Positions 18,616 to 28,060 of a DNA stretch of 64,000 nucleotides are shown one piece after another. Below the pieces are notes generated by a model. It saw only the letters and a list, made by a program, of their open reading frames with translations, made no database searches and had not been told where the DNA came from. The position numbers and the translations under genes were made by a program. The first letter of the stretch is position 1; every line of letters starts with the position of its first letter. The stretch covers positions 6,250-70,249 of the forward strand of contig JAOUJW010000017.1 in assembly GCA_029882975.1 (NCBI GenBank), written 5' to 3'. Source of the DNA: Gammaproteobacteria bacterium (GTDB lineage Bacteria; Pseudomonadota; Gammaproteobacteria; SZUA-152).

Positions 18616-19317
18616 ATGGAATCATTGCGTGAAGCGAGCTGGAACGCTTTAGTTTTACTTTTCACCGGCGATACCGAATTATGGACTATAGTAGCCATTT
18701 CATTCAGCGTTTCCCTGCGCGCAATATTGATGGCCACGCCGTTCGCCCTCTGCGTGGCATTTGCCCTATCCCATTTGCATTTCCCCGGGCGCAAATTTCT
18801 TATCTCACTATTCAACACTTTGCTGGCACTGCCTGCTGTCATTGTCGGATTGACGGTGTACATGCTGTTGTCCCGCAACGGCCCATTGGGTGATTGGAAA
18901 TTATTATTTACGCAAACCGCCATGATTATAGGGCAGTTCATTCTTTGTTTTCCCCTACTAGTGGCTGTCAGTCATTCGGCATTTAAAGCCGCAGATCAAC
19001 GCGTATGGGAAAGTGCCAGAACACTTGGCGCCAAACCTTGGCAAGCCATGTTAACGTTAATGTATGAAGTCCGGTTTGGTCTTCTGGCAGCTATCCTGGC
19101 CGGTTTCGGCCGAGTGATCGCTGAAGTAGGCAGCTCTATGATGGTCGGAGGTAATATTGCCAACTATACTCGCAATATACCCACAGCCATTGCTCTGGAA
19201 ACCAGTAAAGGTGCTTTTGCCCAGGGAATTGCGCTGGGCTTGGTATTATTGCTAGCCGCGCTGCTGTTAAATATTTTTTTGAGCTTCTTTCAAGAAAAAG
19301 GCGGAACCCCGCAGTGA
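18616..19317 (+). CDS. tupB: ABC transporter permease (TupB-like)
   Basis: 233 aa with about six TM helices and a …EVGSSMMVGGNIAN… permease region. Its stop overlaps the ATPase gene start (19314). Confidence 0.7.
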   Translation: MESLREASWNALVLLFTGDTELWTIVAISFSVSLRAILMATPFALCVAFALSHLHFPGRKFLISLFNTLLALPAVIVGLTVYMLLSRNGPLGDWKLLFTQTAMIIGQFILCFPLLVAVSHSAFKAADQRVWESARTLGAKPWQAMLTLMYEVRFGLLAAILAGFGRVIAEVGSSMMVGGNIANYTRNIPTAIALETSKGAFAQGIALGLVLLLAALLLNIFLSFFQEKGGTPQ

Positions 19318-20732
19318 CAGCCTTAATTCACATTGAACATCTGCTTAAAACCAGAAGCCGCCACAGACTCCTGGATATAACAGGTTTCAAGATTCCGGAA
19401 AATACCTGCATGGTGCTAAGCGGTCGCAATGGCGCCGGTAAAACCACTTTATTAAAAATACTGGCCGGTCTGGAAGCACCGGACCAAGCAATGTTCCACT
19501 ACCATGGCGTATCTCAGGACTGGCATTCACTGAGACCGACGCTGCTTCGTCATACCGTGTATTTGCATCAACACCCGTATATGTTTGACCGCAGTGTCTG
19601 GGAAAACGTCGCATATGGCCTTCGTTTTACCGCTTTGAACAAAACCCAAATCGATGAACAGGTGCAGCAGGCCCTTAACTGGGCGGGTTTGTCACACTTG
19701 GCGCAAAGAAACGCACAAAGCCTTTCCGGCGGAGAAAAGCAACGCGTGGCTCTCAGCAGAGCGCGAATTCTCGCCCCCAAACTTTTGCTTTTGGACGAGC
19801 CCATGGCCAATATGGACCGGGAATCCAGAGAGCAGACTATACAACTGATTAAGCGCCTTGAAGCTGAGGGAATCAGTTCCATTGTTACCAGCCATGAACC
19901 TCACTTCGCCCGGCAGTTCAGTCAAACCCATCGCCATCTATGTAAAACCGGTCCACAGCGCTATACTATCGTAGAACCATTTCTATACACGGGCCCACTA
20001 AACCCTTCGGCTGCGCCGGAAGAAAAAACCATTGTGGAAACGACAGCTGAAATGAGGCGATGGTTTGCAGTAGACCCGGCCAAACCCGCTTATACCGACA
20101 AAACAGAGATGACAACCGTTAATCTAACCAAACAAAAAGTCACTGCAGTTATCCTCGCAGGCGGCCGCGCCAGACGTATGGGGGGGCAGGACAAAGGTCT
20201 GATCCCCTTGCGTGGAACAGCCATGATCGAATACGTTCTGAATTCCGTTCAGCCTCAAGTGAAAACCCTATTGATCAACGCCAATCGGAATTTGGAGCAA
20301 TATGGGCAGTACGGCTACGAGGTTGTGGAAGATATCATAGGCGATTATTATGGTCCCTTGGTAGGTATGGCCAGCGGGCTGCAGGCAAGTAAAACGGACT
20401 TGGTCGTTACCCTCCCCTGTGACTCACCATTATTGCCGGAAGACCTGGTTTCTAAACTGGTCAATACACTGGAACACAACGAGGCTGAGATAGCCGTAGC
20501 TCATGACGGCAACCGCATGCAACCGGTGTTTGCCTGCTTACGACGCTCCCTGCTGCCTGACTTGCTTCAATACCTGGAAGCCGGTGGACGCAAAATTGAT
20601 ACCTGGTATGCTCAAAAAAATACCGTTCTGGCGGACTTTTCCAAGGCTACCCAAGTATTCATCAACATTAATACCGAAGAAGATCAATGTGATATGGAAG
20701 CATTGCTCGAGCAACGGGAAAGCCACGCTTGA
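19314..20732 (+). CDS. Fusion: ABC transporter ATP-binding protein (TupC-like, N-terminal ~205 aa) + molybdenum cofactor guanylyltransferase MobA (C-terminal ~200 aa)
   Basis: Walker A (GRNGAGKTTLLKILAG), ABC signature LSGGEKQRVALSRA and Walker B (LLLLDEP) in the N-half. The C-half carries …AVILAGGRARRMGGQDKGLIPLRG… and …LPCDSPLLPEDLV…, the MobA nucleotidyltransferase motifs. Single uninterrupted 472-aa frame. Confidence 0.8.
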   Translation: MTALIHIEHLLKTRSRHRLLDITGFKIPENTCMVLSGRNGAGKTTLLKILAGLEAPDQAMFHYHGVSQDWHSLRPTLLRHTVYLHQHPYMFDRSVWENVAYGLRFTALNKTQIDEQVQQALNWAGLSHLAQRNAQSLSGGEKQRVALSRARILAPKLLLLDEPMANMDRESREQTIQLIKRLEAEGISSIVTSHEPHFARQFSQTHRHLCKTGPQRYTIVEPFLYTGPLNPSAAPEEKTIVETTAEMRRWFAVDPAKPAYTDKTEMTTVNLTKQKVTAVILAGGRARRMGGQDKGLIPLRGTAMIEYVLNSVQPQVKTLLINANRNLEQYGQYGYEVVEDIIGDYYGPLVGMASGLQASKTDLVVTLPCDSPLLPEDLVSKLVNTLEHNEAEIAVAHDGNRMQPVFACLRRSLLPDLLQYLEAGGRKIDTWYAQKNTVLADFSKATQVFININTEEDQCDMEALLEQRESHA

Positions 20733-20766
20733 AACCGTGTTAGATCCTATGGGGGATTCAAACTGA

Positions 20767-22074
20767 ATGAGTGATGACATCGTTGAGAATGTTTCCAGCA
20801 AGAAACGCAGCATCGCATCCTGTTGCTCCGATAGCATCGACCCCTCTTTATCTTTGTCACAGGCGCAGGAAAGAATACAAACCATTGCTCGTTCTTGCTT
20901 CCTTAACACTTTTATCCACAACACACTGTTACTGCCAATACGTGAGGCTTTAGGATACACCCTGGCTCATGATGTCAAAGCAATGTTTGATGTTCCGGCC
21001 CATACCAATTCTGCCATGGATGGATTTGCGCTAAACGGTGCCGCTCTGTCGCAACGCGACCAAAGACAATTTCTCATTGCCGGTACCGCCTTGGCGGGAA
21101 AGCCCTACCCCGACACCGTAAAACCGGGAAACTGTGTTCGTATAATGACAGGTGCAGCAATACCATCCGGTTGTGATACGGTGATTCCGCAGGAGTTAAC
21201 GCAATGCGTAGACAATGTGGTCACAGTAGGAGCAGGACACCAATGCGGCGAAAATGTTCGCTATGCCGGTGAAGATTTGGCGAAAAATGATATTGCCATT
21301 CAAGCGGGTACTCCCATCACTGCGACAGAATTGGGTTTGCTGGCATCTTTGGGTACAACGCATATAGAAGTTACTCGAAAACCGAAGGTGGCTTTTTTTT
21401 CCACCGGAGATGAACTTAGACCGGTGGGCACCCGGTTGGGACCTGGTGAAATACACGACAGCAATCGATATACCCTCTATGGCATGTTGACTCGTTTGGG
21501 ACTGGACTTGCAGGACTTGGGCGTCATCAAAGACAATCCAAGCGCTCTTAGAGCTGCTTTAGAGCACGCTAGCCGACATGCGGATGTGATTATAAGCAGT
21601 GGGGGGGTGTCAGTAGGCGATGCGGATTATATCAAAGATGTACTCGACGAAATCGGTGCTGTGGATTTTTGGAAAATCGCCATCAAACCGGGCCGCCCCC
21701 TTGCCTTTGGCACAATCAACGGGAAGCCGTTTTTCGGACTCCCGGGAAATCCGGTCGCTGTAATGGTCACGTTTTACCAACTCGTACGACCCGCACTGCT
21801 GACCCTTGCGGGCCTGAAAGCGAACCCCGCCATTCGGTTTAAAGTACCCTGCGCTTCCCGTTTAAAGAAAAAACCGGGACGGGTGGAATTCTATCGGGGT
21901 GTTTTGGAAAGTAATGAGCTCGGTGAAACCATTGTTCGCAGCAGCGGCAAGCAAGGCTCCGGCGTATTAAGTTCTATGAGCCGGGCCAATTGCTTTATCG
22001 TATTACCCCAATCTCAAGGCACTGTGGAACCCGGTGATCCGGTAGATGTAGAACCCTTCGAAGGTCTGGTATAA
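20767..22074 (+). CDS. moeA: Molybdopterin molybdotransferase MoeA
   Basis: 435 aa. …ADVIISSGGVSVGDADYIKDVL… and …IAIKPGRPLAFG…KPFFGLPGNPVA… (MoeA/gephyrin domain 3 motifs). Confidence 0.9.
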   Translation: MSDDIVENVSSKKRSIASCCSDSIDPSLSLSQAQERIQTIARSCFLNTFIHNTLLLPIREALGYTLAHDVKAMFDVPAHTNSAMDGFALNGAALSQRDQRQFLIAGTALAGKPYPDTVKPGNCVRIMTGAAIPSGCDTVIPQELTQCVDNVVTVGAGHQCGENVRYAGEDLAKNDIAIQAGTPITATELGLLASLGTTHIEVTRKPKVAFFSTGDELRPVGTRLGPGEIHDSNRYTLYGMLTRLGLDLQDLGVIKDNPSALRAALEHASRHADVIISSGGVSVGDADYIKDVLDEIGAVDFWKIAIKPGRPLAFGTINGKPFFGLPGNPVAVMVTFYQLVRPALLTLAGLKANPAIRFKVPCASRLKKKPGRVEFYRGVLESNELGETIVRSSGKQGSGVLSSMSRANCFIVLPQSQGTVEPGDPVDVEPFEGLV

Positions 22075-22142
22075 CAGGCTCCGCCAAATCCCGGTCGGCT
22101 TTCGCCCTACAGTTTGAAGCAGGCATGACAAAGGGATATATC

Positions 22143-22712
22143 TTACTTTTGCACTATCCCGGTGTGGGATTCAATAAAATTGCAGATGGCGCCGGGATCA
22201 TTGATATCAAGTAATGGCAAGTCCACGTCCATGCTTGGTACATCCGTGGCAATCGCGATTATATTAGGGTCCGAGAGATACAAAAATTCCTGCTCGGATT
22301 CTTGTCGATGCACTTCGATTTTCTCATGGGACTCGGTTTTAAATCCTTCGACCAAAACTAAATCCACCGTACTACAATCCAACTGTCGGAGCAGATACTC
22401 CAGATTGGGTTCTTCCTGGCGAACCGGATTTTCTACCATCAAAGCCCAACGCTTACGTGATGCCACCAAAACCTGCTGTGCACCGGTTTTGCGAATTTCG
22501 TAACTATCCTTTCCCGGTTTGTCTACATCAAACTGATGGTGGGCATGTTTAAGTACCGCGACGGCAATTCCCCGTTGCGATAAAACGGGAATTATATTGG
22601 TTAATAATGTGGTTTTTCCACTACCGCTGAATCCCACAAATCCCAGTACGGGAACAGAAAGATTGGCAAAATTTTCAAGCATAATGGTAGAATAGCGGCT
22701 TCGGTCAAGCAA
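22143..22712 (-). CDS. mobB: Molybdopterin-guanine dinucleotide biosynthesis adapter MobB
   Basis: 189 aa. P-loop VLGFVGFSGSGKTTLL followed by …AVLKHAHH… as in MobB. Confidence 0.85.
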   Translation of the reverse strand: MLDRSRYSTIMLENFANLSVPVLGFVGFSGSGKTTLLTNIIPVLSQRGIAVAVLKHAHHQFDVDKPGKDSYEIRKTGAQQVLVASRKRWALMVENPVRQEEPNLEYLLRQLDCSTVDLVLVEGFKTESHEKIEVHRQESEQEFLYLSDPNIIAIATDVPSMDVDLPLLDINDPGAICNFIESHTGIVQK

Positions 22713-22773
22713 TACTATCCATATTAGATTCGAAACAGTTGCTTATTCAACACAAATTCAACAAAAAAGACTC

Positions 22774-23376
22774 ATGATATCCGCAGAAGAAGCGATTCAA
22801 CGCCTACGCGAAGGGAACCAGCGCTTTGTCACGGGCAATCAAGAGCGGGCTATGCATGAAAAGCACCGCACCGAACTCGTCGCCGGCCAGAATCCCTTTG
22901 CCGTAATATTGGGTTGCTCCGATTCTCGCGTACCGGCGGAACTGGTCTTTGATCAAGGTTTGGGCGATTTATTTGTCATCCGAGTGGCCGGAAATATCGT
23001 CGCACCTTCCCAAGTGGGCAGTGTCGAGTTTGCAGTGGAATGCTTCGGCACACAATTAGTAGTGGTCTTGGGACACACACTTTGCGGAGCCATTCAGGCG
23101 ACGCTGGAACAGTTGGATCAACCCCAAGAACTTAGGTCAGCCAATCTTGCCTCCATAGTCAATCGCATCCGCCCCTCCATCGAAACTTTGGTGGATGTCG
23201 CAACCACACCGGAGAAACTGGTTCAATTGGCGGTACGAGCTAATATTCGGGCATCCGTCAACCAACTGCAACACGGATCGGTTATTCTGGAGAATTTGGT
23301 CCAACAAGGTAAGTTGACTATCGTCGGCGCTGAATACTCGTTGGAAACGGGGGTGGTAAAAATTTTTGACTATTAA
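22774..23376 (+). CDS. Beta-class carbonic anhydrase
   Basis: 200 aa. CSDSRVPAE (CxDxR) and HTLCGA (HxxC) zinc-ligand motifs. Confidence 0.85.
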   Translation: MISAEEAIQRLREGNQRFVTGNQERAMHEKHRTELVAGQNPFAVILGCSDSRVPAELVFDQGLGDLFVIRVAGNIVAPSQVGSVEFAVECFGTQLVVVLGHTLCGAIQATLEQLDQPQELRSANLASIVNRIRPSIETLVDVATTPEKLVQLAVRANIRASVNQLQHGSVILENLVQQGKLTIVGAEYSLETGVVKIFDY

Positions 23377-23385
23377 ATAATCTGT

Positions 23386-23530
23386 TTGTCTTTCCCTCGC
23401 TCTCTGCTGAATTACCACTCCCTACACTTTCCCCACCCTCTACACTTCTTTCCCCACCCTCTACACTTCCCCCACTCTTCATACGCTCCATACGCTCCAT
23501 ACTTTCTACACCATCTTAACTCACAAAGTT
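23386..23530. repeat. Pyrimidine-rich (~80% C/T on + strand) tract with internal direct repeats (21-bp period ccccaccctctacacttc x2-3; catacgctc x2)
   Basis: Read directly from the sequence between the carbonic anhydrase stop and the S8 peptidase gene start. Confidence 0.6.
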
Positions 23531-23701
23531 TACTAAGCTTCCTCAACTCTCAAACCTTCTTTTTTGGCTCTCAATTTATGTTAGCATCTAATCCGCCATC
23601 ATCCGTAATGCAAGAGCTGTTATTATGGAACAATGATCCTGTGGATTATTATGTAGTTTCATTTTGTGACGACGAGAATGATTCTGAAACAAGGAGAAGT
23701 A

Positions 23702-24883
23702 ATGTCGATTAACAAGTATGTTGTACTAAGAACCAGCGGGGCTATGGTACCCACCCTGGATACCATCGGAACCTCGAGTGCTCATGCGGCACTCACCGCC
23801 CTGGAATCCCTGGAAGTGGAAGAGGTGGAACTCTCTACCCGCGAGCGCCATGACTTGCGCCGCGACCCCAGAACCCGTGCCATTGCCCCCCCTATGCCCA
23901 TGAAACTCATTAGCCCGGTGTCTGATGCAGAACCCGAGTCCCCGGTCAAAACCCCTTGGGGTTTAGAGGCGGTAAAAGCACTCCAGTCGCCTTTTGACGG
24001 CAGTAATATTTCGGTCGCGGTCTTGGATACCGGTATAGATCCTAACCACCCCGCCTTTTCTAACCTTGAGCTGGTGCGGCGTAATTTTACATCTGAAGAG
24101 GACGACGACAAAAACGGTCACGGTACCCATTGTGCCGGAACCATTTTTGGCCAGGATGTTAACGGTACTCGCATCGGTGTTGCTCGTAATGTGAAGCGCG
24201 CTATCATTGGTAAAGTCCTGGGGGAAGACGGCGGATCTTCCGCTGCCATCGCTCAAGCCATCCAATGGGCTGTTAGCGAAGGCGCACATGTGGTATCCAT
24301 GTCGCTGGGCATCGACTTTCCAGGATATGTAGATAACCTGGTCAAACACAGCGGCTATGACATAAAACCAGCCACATCTATTGCCCTGGAATCCTACCGA
24401 GCCAACATCAATCTATTTGGTAACCTGGCCGAATTTGTTCGAGTCCAAGGACTCTTTGGCGAGGGCGCCATCCTCGTTGCCGCATCCGGAAACGAAAGTG
24501 CACGTCCTGAATACGAAATCGCCGTTGGCCCACCCGCGGCCGGTAGCGGTGTGATCTCCGTCGGCGCTCTGGGACAAACCAATAATGGATTTACTGTGGC
24601 CGATTTTTCCAACAATCAAGTGGATATATCCGGCCCCGGAGTAAAAGTCCTATCCGCTATACCTGGCGGAAAGTTGCGCAATTTGAGCGGCACCAGTATG
24701 GCTACCCCCCACGTAGCCGGCGTTGCTGCTTTATGGGCACAGCGGCAAAAAGAAATCAGTGGCCGGGTGGAAAACCGAACCCTACAAGCGCAACTGATCG
24801 CCAGTGGTAGTAGAGCTGAACTGGCGGTTAACACGGAAGAAGAAGACGTGGGTACCGGGATGGTTCAAGCGCCTTTGAGCTAA
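23702..24883 (+). CDS. Subtilisin-family (S8) serine peptidase, no obvious signal peptide
   Basis: The ORF begins at 23666, but AAGGAG lies 7 nt before ATG 23702. Catalytic triad motifs VAVLDTGID (Asp), HGTHCAGTI (His), GTSMATPHVAGVAAL (Ser). Confidence 0.85.
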   Translation: MSINKYVVLRTSGAMVPTLDTIGTSSAHAALTALESLEVEEVELSTRERHDLRRDPRTRAIAPPMPMKLISPVSDAEPESPVKTPWGLEAVKALQSPFDGSNISVAVLDTGIDPNHPAFSNLELVRRNFTSEEDDDKNGHGTHCAGTIFGQDVNGTRIGVARNVKRAIIGKVLGEDGGSSAAIAQAIQWAVSEGAHVVSMSLGIDFPGYVDNLVKHSGYDIKPATSIALESYRANINLFGNLAEFVRVQGLFGEGAILVAASGNESARPEYEIAVGPPAAGSGVISVGALGQTNNGFTVADFSNNQVDISGPGVKVLSAIPGGKLRNLSGTSMATPHVAGVAALWAQRQKEISGRVENRTLQAQLIASGSRAELAVNTEEEDVGTGMVQAPLS

Positions 24884-24886
24884 GCA

Positions 24887-24931
24887 GATTAGGCAAGGAG
24901 CGCTTCTCCTTGCCTAATCATCCCTTTTCCC
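24887..24931 (+). terminator. Rho-independent terminator after the first S8 gene
   Basis: Perfect 14-bp inverted repeat gattaggcaaggag / ctccttgcctaatc with a 5-nt loop, followed by atcccttttccc. Confidence 0.7.
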
Positions 24932-25067
24932 TCGCCGCCCTGTAGGCATTTTCCGATTATTTATGCAGTCCAAATGATTAGGTATTTTGGGCGATAGGAT
25001 TCGGCTCTCGAATACTTTACACTGAATTTTCCTCACAAAACGCAGATGTAGATTTAAGGAAATTCTC

Positions 25068-27953
25068 ATGCTTGGCAAATCCGCTGTTGGATCCGCGGTC
25101 TTCATCACCACACTGGCTTTCGCATTGAATTCCACTTACGCTGCAAGCCCAAGTTTATCAATCAATGTACAACACGGTGTAGCCACATCCGATGCTAAAC
25201 CAAGCGCCGCCGCCGCACCGACTATCTCACCGGTGGCCGGCGAAATTCTCGTCAAATTCAAAAGCCATGTTACCTCCCAGGTCGCGCAAAGAACATTACA
25301 GAACACATTACGAAAATCAGCAAAAACCATCAAGCAGTTTACGTCGGTTAAAGGTTTGCAACTGGTAAAAGTCGACCCATCCAAAGAATTCTGGGAAACA
25401 TTGACACGTTTACAAAACGACCCCGCTGTGGCCTACGCCGAGCCCAACTATGAACTGACAATGGACTACACCCCTAACGACGCTCGATTTAATGAACTTT
25501 GGGCCATGAACAACCCCGGCGGTGCCGACATTAATGCCGAGCAAGCCTGGGACTTATCCCAAGGCAGCGCCGATGTGGTTGTAGCGATCATTGATTCGGG
25601 AATAGACCCCACCCATGAAGATTTGATCAACAACATTTGGCGAAATCCCAACGAAATTCCTGATAATAATATTGACGACGACGGCAACGGCTACGTGGAC
25701 GATATTTTTGGGGTAAATATGATTGACCCCACTCGCCCCCCTATCGATGCCATTAACCATGGAACGCACGTAGCAGGTAGCATCGCTGCCCAGGGTGATA
25801 ATGGTGTGGGCGTTGCCGGTGTTAGCTGGAACACCAAAGTCATTACCTGCCAGATATTTGACCTATCCAATGCCACCCTTAAAGGCGTGGTTTCGGATGC
25901 CATTGCCTGCCTGGATTACATTTACAATCTTAAACGCCGCGGCATCAATATTGTGGCCTCCAACAATTCCTGGGGCTGGGTAGGCACCAAATCCAAAGCC
26001 TTGGAAGATGCTATCAATCGCCAGGCGGAAGCGGGCATCCTGTTTATTGCCTCTGCAGGCAATAACTCCATAAGTAACGATGTGTGGGATGATTATCCGG
26101 CAAATTATCAGCTACCCAACGTGATTTCGGTAGCAGCCACCACCGATACCGATGGGCTTGCGTCTTTCTCCAGTTACGGAAGTCATTCCGTCCACGTGGG
26201 TGCACCGGGACACCGAATTACCAGCAGCGTACCCGGCTGGGAATTTGAGATCACGAATCCATTCTCCAATATTTTCTACGATGATATGGAAGGCAATGTT
26301 ACTCAATGGAACGCCACGCCGCCTTGGAGTACCACCACTAACCAATATCACAGTATTACTGCATCCTGGACCGATAGTCCAAACGGGAGCTATGAGAATG
26401 ACACAGAAGTGTCTTTAACCTCGCCGGTCATAGATCTCGCTAATGTTACAGAACCCTTGTACTTGGGTTTTTATGCAAGCTACGCGATAGAAACCGGCTG
26501 GGACAAATTATTTATCGAGGCTAATGTCAATGGGCTTTGGGTAACACTGGGAGCCTTAACAGGAAAAAATAACGGTTTTGAGTTTTACTATTATGCCATC
26601 CCTACCGGGTACTACTCCAGTCAGTTTCAATTTCGTTTTCGCTTATCGACTGACAGTTCCATCGTAAATGACGGAGTCTACCTGGATGACATCGGCATTG
26701 GTACCTTACCCGCAAACATAACCGCTTCGAATCGTTATGCGACTTTCAGCGGTACCTCGATGGCTGCTCCACACGTTACCGGTTTGGCCGCCTTACTGAA
26801 ATCCTATGACAGCCAACTGGATTGGAAGCAAATTAAAAATCTGATCCTATCCTCCGGCACACCCACTGCGGCAATGCAACACCGCACCATATCCGGCAGA
26901 CGTATTCGAGCGGCGGATACCGACGGCACCGGCGCCCTCACTTGTAACAACCAAACTGTGAATAAGCGACTTTCGCCTAAAACAAACAGCATAGAAGTGG
27001 GTAGCAGCGAGTGGATCACTCTATCGGTATTACATATCAACTGTGGCGACCCCGCAGGAAACCCCGGCATAGTCGTTGAAGAAACCAATGACACCATTGT
27101 CTTGTTGGATAACGGAGCCGGTGTGGACCACACAGCGGGAGATGGCATATATTCCGCGCAATTGAATATGAATCGCTTCAAACAACAATCGCTCAGCCTT
27201 AATTTTCCGGATAGCAGCACAGTGACTGTCAATCGGCTTAAAAACTATAGCGTATCCAAAGCAAGCTTCGATTGGCGTGATATTCAAGATACAGCCACTG
27301 CCGTGATCATGGAAACCGGACGCATTACGCAAGTGGACCTACCCTTCCCTATCCCGTTTGCAGAAACCCAAAGCCGATTCGATGCCATCGGCATTAGTGA
27401 CTCAGGCTATATCGCTCTTTCCAATCAGAGTCGTTCCATAGATCGAATTCCATCCATTTCCAACACATTATTACCCACAGGCTTGTATAGCGACTTCTTT
27501 AACTTGCATGCTATTGTAGCCCCCTTTTGGGATGACCTTGTCGTAGCCAATCACAGTCATGTGGTGTATGCAGTCGCCGGTACTCCACCCAATCGTGAGG
27601 TGATCGTGGAATGGCAAAATGTAACCCATTTTGAATATGGCGGTGACATTACATTCCAACTCGTATTCTTTGAAAACAGTGCAGACATACTCATGAATTA
27701 CGCTGATATCCAATTCGGTGACGGCAATGCAGATTATGGTGCTTCCGCTACCATAGGCATACAAACCACTGCAACAAACGCCACGACTTACAGCATTAAT
27801 ACCGCGTCTCTTGGTAACGCTCAAACACTACGCTGGACAACCCGGCCGCCTACCGGTGGCGGCGGCGGTGGCGTAATCAATGTTCTGCTGTTGGCATGCA
27901 TTACAACTGAGATCGCACGAAGGAGAAAAAAGCGAAATCTTGAACGAACATAG
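25068..27953 (+). CDS. Large secreted S8 serine peptidase (961 aa) with C-terminal Gly-rich / TM / basic sorting-signal-like tail (GlyGly-CTERM-like)
   Basis: Signal peptide (…LAFALNSTYAAS). Propeptide-like region. AIIDSGID (Asp), HGTHVAGSIAA (His), GTSMAAPHVTGLAAL (Ser). Long C-terminal beta-rich extension. Last 37 aa are …TTRPPTGGGGGGVINVLLLACITTEIARRRKKRNLERT. Confidence 0.85.
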   Translation: MLGKSAVGSAVFITTLAFALNSTYAASPSLSINVQHGVATSDAKPSAAAAPTISPVAGEILVKFKSHVTSQVAQRTLQNTLRKSAKTIKQFTSVKGLQLVKVDPSKEFWETLTRLQNDPAVAYAEPNYELTMDYTPNDARFNELWAMNNPGGADINAEQAWDLSQGSADVVVAIIDSGIDPTHEDLINNIWRNPNEIPDNNIDDDGNGYVDDIFGVNMIDPTRPPIDAINHGTHVAGSIAAQGDNGVGVAGVSWNTKVITCQIFDLSNATLKGVVSDAIACLDYIYNLKRRGINIVASNNSWGWVGTKSKALEDAINRQAEAGILFIASAGNNSISNDVWDDYPANYQLPNVISVAATTDTDGLASFSSYGSHSVHVGAPGHRITSSVPGWEFEITNPFSNIFYDDMEGNVTQWNATPPWSTTTNQYHSITASWTDSPNGSYENDTEVSLTSPVIDLANVTEPLYLGFYASYAIETGWDKLFIEANVNGLWVTLGALTGKNNGFEFYYYAIPTGYYSSQFQFRFRLSTDSSIVNDGVYLDDIGIGTLPANITASNRYATFSGTSMAAPHVTGLAALLKSYDSQLDWKQIKNLILSSGTPTAAMQHRTISGRRIRAADTDGTGALTCNNQTVNKRLSPKTNSIEVGSSEWITLSVLHINCGDPAGNPGIVVEETNDTIVLLDNGAGVDHTAGDGIYSAQLNMNRFKQQSLSLNFPDSSTVTVNRLKNYSVSKASFDWRDIQDTATAVIMETGRITQVDLPFPIPFAETQSRFDAIGISDSGYIALSNQSRSIDRIPSISNTLLPTGLYSDFFNLHAIVAPFWDDLVVANHSHVVYAVAGTPPNREVIVEWQNVTHFEYGGDITFQLVFFENSADILMNYADIQFGDGNADYGASATIGIQTTATNATTYSINTASLGNAQTLRWTTRPPTGGGGGGVINVLLLACITTEIARRRKKRNLERT

Positions 27954-28060
27954 ATCAACAATTACTCAACTTTGTAAAAACAATCGACCCGCTGGCATTT
28001 TTCACCGGCCAAACATTTGTGTACTGCCGGGCTTGCGGATAATAGAAGCCGGCCATAAAT

